DNA of 64,000 nt from Auanema rhodensis (Eukaryota > Animalia > Nematoda). A program made the position numbers and the translations under genes. Positions 1-11,250 of the stretch are shown in pieces; the stretch's first letter is position 1; each line of letters opens with the position of its first letter. The stretch covers positions 11,222,001-11,286,000 of the forward strand of contig OZ059896.1 of the NCBI GenBank assembly GCA_964057225.1. Reading direction: 5' to 3'. Below the pieces are notes generated by a model. It was not told where the DNA came from and made no database searches. It saw only the letters and a program-made list of their open reading frames with translations.

Positions 1-2932
1 ATTAACTATTAACTTTTAATATTTATAACTAAATCGAAATATTATTGAAAGAAGATATAAGAAAAATCGTTGTTTACATTCAGATGCATATAGAATGAAG
101 AATAAAATGTTTTGAATGTAAAACACAGTAATTAACTTGTAGTTATGAGAAATTGATCAAAATTAAGCATTTTTACAGCAACCTTTTGCAACGAAACATA
201 CTGATTCTAAGAAGTTCAAATAGTTGCTTCAACTTTATCTAAAAACAACAGTTAATTGATATCTAGAAGTGTTAGAAGTATTTTATTCCTTCTTCCGATA
301 TTCCATAAGAAGTAAGAGACATGCTTCTCAATCTAATGAAATAACAACTCATGAACATAACAGTATTGTGTTCTTCATATAATAATATATGGTATACATG
401 AATATACTATGTCTATCTCTTCCATCATTATTAGGTCTTCTTCTTCTTCTTTTTCTTTTTTTTCTTTGATTATTACATATAAAAGAAGAAAATAAAACTT
501 ATCTTTAAATATAAATATACATATAACTATGTATATTTATGTAATCTCTTATCTTTTTTTCTTTCTTTTTTTTTCTTTTTTTGAAATTGTTTATTGTACT
601 TTTAGTTTTAATCAGATATATCTTATTACTATTCTAATTAAATAAAATATTATTTTTACAAGAAATCCCTTGTTGTTTCATATTTGTTCTCTCACCACCG
701 TTTGAATTTCTTTATCTTTTCATTCATTTCCAAAAATGAAATATTTCATCAAAATCACATGCTAACAAATCTTGTTAGCAACTTTCAACATTCAAATTTG
801 TCATGATGATCATATGAAAATTACATTATATTTCATTTCTTTTTTTTATTTTCCTTTACTATATCATATAATCATCAACATACGTATATATTTCTTTAAT
901 TATATCTTAAATTATCTTCTTTAAATATTAAATATAAGTATTATAATGATAATATTACTATACTTAATCAATTCCATTAATATTTAGCAAAATGTGTATG
1001 AAAATATTTTTTTTTATAAATCTTTTCTCATAATCTTTATTTTCTTCGAATGTTTATGACGTCAATCTAATTATATCCTAGCTACATTATTAGTTATTGA
1101 ACATTATACTGAATTCAATCAATATTAACATTTTATTTTAAAATTTGAATACAAAATTTTTGATTTTTAGTTATAGTTAATACTTCAAATTTTAGTTTTC
1201 CTTTTTTTAACTATTATGTTACATTGTAGAAGAAAATGCAAAAATAGGTCAAATATTAAAAAAGATTTCCATTTGAAAAACTTAATTAGTGATTTGATGA
1301 TCATAAATTGACATGTTAATATAATATATGCATATATCAAAGCTTGGCATGAACCCTTGCATAAGGCATTTGGTGCTCAATCCCCCCCCCCCCATCGCCT
1401 TGTCCTTCCTTCTCCGCCTATATTTTCTCATTTTTAAATGTTATGTAGTTTTACTATTAAAATCTCATATTATCAAACAGATGTTCACGACCATTCGACT
1501 AAGGAGGCATTCTTCGAAGATATAATGACACTATGATGTCATCATTATGAGTGCAAATGCAATAACTTTTTTTGTTCTTAAATAGTTTTGATATAACGAA
1601 CATACATACATATACGTCCATTTCATCTTCAAAATTTCATTTTTCCTCTATATTCTTGAATTGTTTGTTTTACAATGGTATTTATATCACATGAAACTTT
1701 TGATGGATTTTTTTGGATGTTTCGTAATTTGAACATGTATCATCTGCTTCTATTCCTTCCTATATCAACTTTACCCTGTCTTTTTTTATCGCATATTATA
1801 ATTTAAGATTATTTTTATGTTTTTCCACTGAGTAAAAATAATATCTTGTTTATCTCTAACTTCTCATCTTTAAAGATAGCAAGCTTACTGTTTTTACGAT
1901 GTTGGCGTCATGAAGCTTTGAAGCAAAAAAAAGTTTTTTTTTAGTTTATGGCGTTACGATTGTTACTTTTTCTTTGGTAGATTGTCGAATATCATTCCTT
2001 GCTGATGAAGAAGCTTTTCTAACTTAAACGTTCAATGTTCTTCGATATCATTCGTGGTTTGTATAAGTTTTACATGTCATCTTCATCGACTACGTTGTCG
2101 ACGTCGTCAACGTCACCCCTTCTAGCATCTTTCCTCCTCTTCGTCTCTTTTATTCTAATTTGGTCAAACTTGGTTTCGGTTTACAACATATTTCTCGTCT
2201 CTACGACTCATATATTTTCAAATTTCGTTCTTTTTGAGATCTGAGTAATCTAAGACATTAAATACTAATTATTACTAAATATTCTGAATCATTATCCTCA
2301 TGTTTTCACATTGTTATCAATGTTGATGACGTTCGTATACTGATTGATTCTCATTCTGTCATAGGTTCTTTACGAATTTAAAATCTTTTCTTCCTAATTA
2401 GGATAAAAGTTCTGATTTTCAGTATTTGAGCAAGCATTTCCTCTGATCGTCGAGTTAACAAGCTAGTTAGAACACTTGCTTCAAATCTAAAGTTGCTTAA
2501 CATCCTTTCCTTTAGAACTTGAAAAAAGATATTTGAACAACTTGGTTTTCTTCAAAAAACCCAAAAGAATTCAAATAAGTATGGAACCATATGCATGTGT
2601 ATATATCTATGTTAATTGAAACTTTTTATCAATTTGCTCTTTTTTTCAATAAAAATTTCAAATAAATCGAATAGTAGCCAGTTAAATATTGTTAATCTTT
2701 ATCATAATTATAAGTTTTGGTTTTCATCTAATTTTTATTTACAACATATAATTTTGCATGAAATTCCAATAACATTAGCTTCTACTGTGAGATGATGTAA
2801 TATTACTCATATGTATATATTCTTTTTTCTTTTATACCATTTTCATACTGATCTTTACTAGTTTTTCAATTTTAACTTGAATTCGTGTTCCAGGCTTGAT
2901 CGACAATTTCGCCCAAGACCCCTAATTTCAAT

Positions 2933-3516
2933 ATGTCAGCCAATTATCCTCAACGACACTACAGGTTAAAAGAATAACTTAAATTAACAACATAACAATG
3001 AATATTTACTTTTCTCTTCAATCAATTTTTTTAATTTCAGCTTATCAACTGTTCTTCTACTTATGTTTCTTTTCTCTACACTCCCAAATACTTCTGCTAA
3101 TGTTCGTTTGTGTGGGCAACGACTAACCAGAACATTATTATCGTTATGTCGAAATCAGCTGTGTGGTGGATTTGTTCATCAAGCAGGTAAGATAACTGTT
3201 TGCTTCTGATTCAACGATTTCACAATTTTTGAGTCAGCAATGACTTTGTTCCTGAAGTGAATAACTAAAATCTTTTTTATCCAATTTTAAGTCAAAAATC
3301 TTGTATTCAATAGAATAATATGCTTTGTAATAGAATAATATGTACAATTATTCATGATTTCCGTAAAATTTATTAATTCCAGTAGACACGGAATCAGCTT
3401 GGAAAAATCCTATTCTATCTATTCATCATTCGGTCAAACGAGATGGAATTGCTACACGATGTTGCATGAATAGATGTACCATCAGCTATTTGAAAACATA
3501 TTGCTGTGCTTCATAA
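2933..3516 (+). CDS. ins-1: INS-1-type insulin-like peptide (3 exons: 2933-2964, 3041-3186, 3383-3516; 103 aa)
   Basis: Spliced translation: signal peptide, B chain NVRLCGQRLTRTLLSLCRNQLCGG, linker ending KR, A chain DGIATRCCMNRCTISYLKTYCCAS*. The 8-Cys pattern matches nematode INS-1. GT-AG introns keep frame. TTCCAG acceptor ~40 nt before the ATG. Confidence 0.93.
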
Positions 3517-3788
3517 TTATTTTTATTTTACACAAATATTCAAATGAAGAAAATCAAGATTTATCATGTACTTATCTTCATTTGTTAACAAAATCTCCTG
3601 AACATCAAAGTACCGTCTTTATGGACGACATGGTTGCATTAATCCTCCATCATCAAGACACGAGTTTCGTTGTCATCATTCCAGCCACAATGTTAAAAGA
3701 ATTTTGCCATTTCCGCTTCAATTCTCCATTTCGGACTGTTTCCGTTTGAAGTTGGTTGATCCTCTCTTCCCAATGTATTCTCAACTGA

Positions 3789-4018
3789 TCTCTCTTTCTC
3801 TCTTTCTCCTCCTCCTTCTTCTTCTTTTTCACATTATTTTTTCTCTCATGCTCTCCGTGGATTTCTCGCATAGTTTAGGTCTCTCACACCACCTCTCACA
3901 CTATCTCTCTCTCTCTCTTTCTCTCTGTCTCTCCTTTTGATCTCTCTGTTCGCCTCTTCACCTTTCTCTATATCGTCTTCTTCCCATCTTCATCTCCTTG
4001 TCTCTGTTCCTAGCTCTA
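3789..4018. repeat. CT-rich low-complexity tract downstream of ins-1 (probable 3' UTR)
   Basis: Long (CT)n/polypyrimidine runs; AATAAA follows near 4073. Confidence 0.6.
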
Positions 4019-5935
4019 TTTTTTTCACTTGCCCGCTATATTTTAAATTGATTTTTGTATTGGATACTATGAAATAAAATTTTATTTTTGTTTGTCTACT
4101 TCGCTAACTTTATTGTACTACATCATCTTTACCCTGTTACCTGTCCGACAAATGTTGAATCTTTTAAAAAAAGTGATCGTCCTCGTTGTTACTTTATGAT
4201 CCATTTTCAAAATCTCAGAATATTTGTTTGATACAAAACATTAATACAGCATCATAATGAGTTTTTATATTTAGTCTTTTCGTCAACCAATAATCAGTGA
4301 TGACCTAGAGATCAAATCAACAGCCCATATGTACGTCTCAAAAACCCCCTCACACTAATGCCTCACGTTTCTCCTTGATCATTTTATCCTCTTGTTGTAT
4401 AATAGCATAATTTCCAGGCTTATCAATTCCCCCCTTTTCACAATTTTCGCTTATTCTTCATTAATAGTAAAGTTAGTTTATTTTCGATAAATCTTGAAGA
4501 TGTTTAAAGCCAGGAATAATAAAGTCGAATAACTTATTCATTTTCATCTAAAAATCTGTTAAATATACGTATATGTCTAAAAATCTTTGTATTATTAAAG
4601 ATATTCTAGTAAAAAGATTAAATATTGTAAGAGTTTATGACTAATAGCTTCAGGACTTACGAAACATAAAGTACTATTATCAACTTCAATGATCACATTG
4701 AAATAGAAGTCATCGTGTTGACGTCGATAGCTCTGATTTCTTAGCTAAAAGGCATGAGATACTCATAGATACAAAGTGGGTGAATGTAATGTGAAACCTA
4801 TTAATTAGTTAGATGAGATAATACTTGTTTTCCTCCCCTTTCCCCAATTTCTTAAAGAAATTATGACGTAGAATTCCCTCTTGTATTCAATATTGAAATA
4901 TGAATAAAATTATTGTTACAACTTATAAATATTGTTAAATGAATGTAATTAGCATCATATAAGAAAATTTAGATTGCATCAAGTTGTTCACATGAATCTT
5001 GATGACGTTGTGCCAGACAACATACTACAGTATTAGAAAATATAATATAATCAAGAAGAAAATCGATAAAAAAAACTTTGAAACTTTTAATATTAGAAAA
5101 TGAATAAGTTTGTATATATTGTGCTTACTATTATCGAGACTCTTTGATTCCGGAGGATGGAAGATTGTCCAGATGAACCACCTGTTCTTGCTTCGGTGAT
5201 CTAGCCGAGTTCAAAAAATAATTATAGATGAAAAACATCTGTGTTCCTACACATTTCTTTGAACCGAATCGAGCAGTTATTTACTAAGTTTTGATTGCTA
5301 TTTTAATAAAAAGGTCTATACAATACAATATATGTTGAAGAAATTTTAAAAAATATTATAAGTTATATTCATATTAGAGAAATCTTATAGTTAATATTTT
5401 TTTACGAATAAACAGGATATACATTACACTTTTATATTTTATAAAGACTACCTGAGCAGCTGAGGACCATATCATAAAATGTTACTGTTATAATGATGTT
5501 ATTATCTAGTTATCAAAGATGTCGGTATCTTAAATTAATTGTTTTATAATGATATGTAAAGTGTAATAGTTATGTATATATTACTATGTATAAATACAAT
5601 TCCAAATAACGGCCTTTGATTCCCTAAGCTACGAAATAATGTTGCAAATCGAGAAGGCAATTAATGTGTACTTGCTGAACTATCTGAAATAGATGTTCAA
5701 AGAAGATGCTTCTCACATTTTCTTAATTAACTTCATTTTTTTCTTCGCTTCTTTCTGTAACTACAAAAACACAACATAGTAGTTGACCTGGTATTTCTAC
5801 GTTGGGTATTGCGTGACCAGATAACGAGGTGTCTGATCGGTTCGGTAATTTCCTAAAGAGAGGATCTGCATCGGAACATGAGCTAACTATATAAGCACAT
5901 AAGGGACACACAAGTTGAAATATGCAACTCAGTTT

Positions 5936-5945
5936 GTTACGTAAT
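5936..5945. promoter_or_regulatory. PAR/E4BP4 bZIP consensus site GTTACGTAAT
   Basis: Exact match to RTTAYGTAAY in a GC-richer block ~400 bp upstream of the bZIP ATG. Confidence 0.5.
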
Positions 5946-6335
5946 CGTTGCGTCAAGCCGTACATGAAAGGTTTTCCGACCTGAGGTCAACGCTCTGTAC
6001 GGAACTGAGGACGAAGCCGCCAACCTGGCACTCCACCCACCGGACACACACCATTAATCTTCTCGTGCATACCTGCTCGCAGAAGACTCAGATTCAACTT
6101 ATTAAGCTAAGACGTGAGCAGTTCACAGGCCGTATTCCAATTTAATTATTTCTTATAAAAATCTGTGATTAATATCTTTTTATTTTGAAAACGTATCTAA
6201 CTTTCACAAACTACTCATAATTTATGAATATTACTGTATTATTCTCCTTTTTTTTAATTTTGATTCACAAAATAATTATGCAATAAGATTATTTTTTTCA
6301 GATTATTTTTCTTTATTTTTCCTAAAACAGATTAA

Positions 6336-7350
6336 ATGACGGATATCAACCAAATGAATATTAACCAGTTGTCTTACGACCAACAAGCGTTCAAGATGAT
6401 GACACATCTCTGGAATATTGACCCCTATGCATATAATTCAGATCAAAAGGTGAATACAAATACTATTTCTTTGTTGAAATTATACGAATGTATTATAATG
6501 AAACTATTTACGTTAATAAGCCTCATATTGTTTCAGTCATCTGCTATCAACTCATTTGCTTATTTCAACAGCCTAACGAATCCCATGCCACTTTTGGAGT
6601 CAGCTGCAAACAACCAAGCATCAAAGAGAAAGCAAAAAAAAGTTCCAGACGAAGAAAAAGATGACGTAAGAAAACAATTTTCAAAATTTCAAAAAATATT
6701 TATATGTAGTATATACACATATACACATACTTTATAGTATTTATTGGTGATTGGATTACCAAATACTATTAGACCTTGTACCATCGTAGACAATTGTAGG
6801 TATAAGAACGTCTAGTACGTTGATCATAGCCTCTCTCGTCTCTATTTCTCCCTTCTTATTCTTTGTCGTCATCTATCGTAATCAACTGTTTATATCTCTA
6901 ATAATCATCATCATATACTGATTTTTTATAACGTAGTGGGAATAACCTATTTTAATTAATGATTAATATTTAAGAGCTATTATGAGAGACGAAAAAAAAA
7001 CAATGAATCAGCTCGTAGATCTCGAGAGCAGCGCCGCCGCAAAGAGGAAGACAATGCAAAAGGATTAGAATTTCTACGAATAGTTAGTTATTACCACTTT
7101 AGTTTTGTTGCCGTTCTGTTAATAACCGCATTCTTTTGATTTTTTTTACTTTATTTCATGCTTAGTGCGGCTTCTGCATCTTCGTCAAATCTTTGACAAC
7201 ATTCTTCGCTTAGCGGCAAGTAATTATGGTTCTTTTAAGGAAAACGAGCGGCTTCGCCAAGAAATGCATCGTCTTTATGCCGAAGTTCAACGTTTGCGGG
7301 GTCTGGTGGGTTCCAATCAGACATTTGGATGGCCCGCCCCAACGTCCTGA
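6336..7350 (+). CDS. PAR/CES-2/E4BP4-like bZIP transcription factor (exons 6336-6449, 6537-6665, 6975-7082, 7240-7350; 153 aa)
   Basis: Basic region KKVPDEEKDDSYYERRKKNNESARRSREQRRRKEE followed by zipper LEFLRIENERLRQEMHRLYAEVQRLRGL; all introns phase 0 GT-AG. Confidence 0.88.
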
Positions 7351-10027
7351 GTTCAGCTGCTTTCCTTCGCCACTAGTACCATGTATGGAAAGAAGGCGTC
7401 CTCCCTTTTTCTCTGTATCTCTACTTCTATCTCTTTTCTAATAGCGTCATTGTATCGGAAAATGGGTCCCAACGGCTTTCTAATCTCATCTGCCTTATAA
7501 ATAACACCATGTGTATATAGTTCATAATTTTCTTAATACGAGACCTATGCCTAAAAAACGGTATATTGTCCGCCATCTAGGAATACAAAATGCTCAAAAC
7601 CAGATTGTCTTTCGTATATAATGTATAATTCTTCTGCGCTCGTTTACATTGTATTTTTCTACCCCTCATTGTTTCTTTTCATATTTCTATCTCTCTCATC
7701 CAATCTCTCGCTTATTTAGTTCTAGCTGTTATTTGTTATGCAAAGCAGTGATCACCACCGTCATCATACAGTCAGTCACAGTTCATTTCTCTACCGTTAT
7801 TTTTCACATGATAATTGTACTAACAATAGGAACTCGTACCTTCTCAGTTTCTGCTTTATTCTTTCTTTTCTTTTTGAGAACTCTTGCCTACGCGTTTTCA
7901 TAGTCGTTGAACGCGTTTCTTTTAAGTCGTTAAACTTCGTAAAAAAAACATTCACTTCCTGAGTTATGATGTCGCTAATATCTGTACATAAAGAAAATAT
8001 TCATATCAAAACATATTTAAGAGCTTACTTATTATTAATAAACTAATACTATATAATACAAGGTGTATTCATCATCTTGCTCTTTTTTACAAATGTATTA
8101 AAATAATTTCTTAAAGGGCGGTGAGGAAAAGGTCCTAAACCGACCTCGTTGAGAGGCCGCGAGGCGGCGCGTGCGTATATTTTTTTCCTGGGCGTCATCT
8201 TCGTACTGGTCACAATGGAGTGTTAATTTTATGTTTAATTTTTACTGTTGTGCACTATTATAACAAGAAATCTCTTTATTAACATAGTATAGTTACTCAT
8301 CAAAAGCTAACAATCCTCTTTTTTTTTGCGATTTTTTTTATTTGGTTTTGTACTATTGGTAAGTTTCACAATGCAAGTAATGGAAGTTTTCAAAAAAATC
8401 TTATTTTTAATTATTCATTACCTATTCTATAATATATTTTATGTTAATAACTAAGTTAAAATTTTATTTCTCTTTAATCTCAACTGATTACTCTTTCTTT
8501 TTAACTGATTCGTACTTGTTACATGATGATATCAATTATTTTTCCTTGGTGTATAGTGTATAGTGGTTGTGGGTAATCTACAAGGTGAATGCGAAGAGAT
8601 ATTGGGTTATCTCGGATCATCACATATCTTTCGACGCTGTTTGTTCAGTCGCGTACACTCTTTTACAGTCACTGTTTGTAGTTTTGCTGATGAGGGGTGG
8701 TCCGAAGCCGTGGTTCAGAAACTATGTTATGAAATCCTATTTTTTCTTGAGCATGATTAATCTCGAATTCGTGATGCTCACAATTTAACTAGGAATCTAA
8801 GAAATTTATATGGGTAATACTGCGAGAATAGATGAAAATTATTAATTGCTTCCAATATTATATTTAGAGTTGATATTACTTTTTTGAAGTGTGATATTTG
8901 TGTTCATTTTTACTAATTTGATTTGTGCTGTGCGCACCTGTTTGGAATTTTATTTATTGTTCTTTGACTAACATCCAGTGCATGCTGGTCTCATATCCAT
9001 TGCAAATCCAATGTTGAGTTTCAGATTCGAGCATTTTTAAAGTTTCCTTACTATTGATTTCTCTTGTCTGTCGTCTAATTGAACTATAATATGATCAATA
9101 CATTCCTGATATTTCAAATAGTTTGAACAATTTTTGGCTTTGTCATGAAAGCTTATGATCGATTCGAATTTTTATTTCGTTAAAATTTAATTTTAAACAT
9201 CATTTTTTTTGTTCAAAAAAATATTAGATCATTTATTATAATAGGTTTGCGTATTTCATGGTCTTGTAATTGACTCCAATTATCTTAGAGTCTGCATCGG
9301 AAGCAAACTCATAAATCTTGAAGAGAGCTGAGTAGCGGCCAGGCTGGTTGACAAATGAAATTGATTATGTTAGAGTGACAGCATATTGTCATTTGCTTTC
9401 ACACTTTTAGTCTCTGTTTCATGCCTGTTCTCAAAGCTCGCTAAAACTGTTTACTTCTCAGCTTCTTTTGTCGAGGAGTTTAATAATAAGTAGTCGTAAG
9501 GTGCACGCGCTGGAAGGTGGGCGGGGCCTGCGACCGCGACGCACAAATCCAAAGAATGTTTTCTTGTTGGCGTCATTTGTTATAAAGAGGGGTGGGGAAT
9601 GTTATTTGGCGGTATTTTCGAATGAGTGGCGTCTCTGTCAGCGCGTATCGATCGATAGGTATGTGTCATCGTTTGAACTCTTTTCTCTGCCGTATGAGTT
9701 GTCATTTGTTGAAAATCATCTTGTTTCCTTGTATAACTATATCATTTAGTACTTGTATTTTTGCCTTATTCGTTTTGTTGTCGTTCTCATTGAAGTGACT
9801 AAAGTGGTTCGTTGCTGCTTCTGCACATGTTTTCTGCTTCTCTCGCTGTTCCCCCAATATTGCATTAGTCGGATAGGACTATCACATCCACTTACGACAT
9901 CTTTGAGTGATTGCATTTAAGCTTTAGAATATTGATCTGCTACTTTGTTCCTTTTTATTGTGATTTCCCCTTTTTAATGTTTTTTTTACAGGGAACACGA
10001 CGGGTATTCCCTCTTTAGTCTGTAGAC

Positions 10028-10835
10028 ATGGCTGCTATTAGAAAAAAGGTAAAATTTATTTAATTAACCATCACTTTAATTATGAATTATAGTTGGTAAT
10101 TGTTGGTGATGGTGCTTGTGGTAAGACTTGCCTTCTCATCGTCTTCAGCAAAGACCAGTTCCCTGATGTATATGTACCCACTGTATTCGAAAACTATGTT
10201 GCCGATATCGAGGTAGATGGTAAGCAGGTATGTTTTTTTTATTGTTTATTTTGGATTTATTATGTATATTTTAAGGTTGAATTAGCCCTATGGGATACTG
10301 CTGGACAAGAAGATTATGATCGTTTGCGGCCACTCTCATATCCTGATACTGATGTGATCCTCATGTGTTTCAGTATTGATTCACCAGATTCTCTTGAGAA
10401 TATTCCTGAAAAATGGACTCCTGAGGTCAGTTAAAATATATATTTAATATTTATATGATAATTATCTTAGGTTCGGCATTTCTGTCCTAATGTTCCTATT
10501 ATTCTTGTTGGAAACAAAAAGGATTTAAGAAATGATCCACAAACTGTTAGGGAACTAGCTAAGATGAAACAGGTGTTAATTTTTATATAATTGTTTTTGT
10601 TACGTTTCAAATCCAGGAGCCTGTCAAGCCAGAACAAGGACGAGCTATTGCTGAACAAATTGGCGCTTTTGCTTATTTGGAATGCTCTGCTAAAACCAAG
10701 GACGTAAGTAGTTTTATCGAATTATAGTAATATTTACTTTTGAATGTTTAGGGAATTCGTGAGGTATTCGAAAAGGCAACTCAAGCAGCTCTCCAGCAGA
10801 AAAAGAAGAAAAAGAGCAAGTGCACACTCCTATAG
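10028..10835 (+). CDS. rho-1: RhoA small GTPase
   Basis: MAAIRKK|[35 protein letters not shown]...[20 protein letters not shown]...; polybasic tail and CAAX box [10 protein letters not shown]. Confidence 0.98.
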
Positions 10836-11250
10836 ATGGTATTTTCTTCATGATAATGTGCATGATATAATCGAGCTATTTATTATTCACAGCTTTTGCC
10901 AATCAAGTCATTAGCTGTCTTAGTTGTCTCAACCTCTTATAGTATCTATTTCCCCCTTGTTTTCGTATCATTTCTTTCGATGCGGTTCTATACACTCCTT
11001 CTTCTGTCGCCCTCTTTTCACTAAATGCTTTGTAAATTCTGTCGACAACTTCCTGCTACAGCCTGCTCCACTTGCAATCTTGTACAAGACTGGGCAATTG
11101 TTGCTTAATTGTAATCGAGTTTTTGTTCATTATGATAAATTTTCTAACTACTGATACATGTATATCTTTATTTAACCGATGTCAAACATAATATTACAAC
11201 CGGGATTAACATGCTCTTTCTAAAGTGTAATGCCTTTAACTATTCCATTG

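Noticed and set aside
1382-1393. Poly-C tract (a second at 39433-39443)
   Set aside because: 11-12 nt homopolymers are too short to support a functional G-quadruplex claim.
3474-3940. ORF-track entries 3474-3749, 3653-3871 and 3704-3940
   Set aside because: They are readings of the ins-1 3' region and its CT-rich low-complexity tract, with no recognisable protein.
6450-6536. bZIP ORF reads through 87 nt without a stop
   Set aside because: Flanked by AG|GTGAAT and TTTCAG and AT-rich; best read as an ordinary phase-0 intron, with no evidence of retention.
8590-8640. Hairpin with a miR-50/190-like seed (AGATATGT on the minus strand)
   Set aside because: The stem-loop is only ~45 nt and poorly paired, too short for a pre-miRNA.
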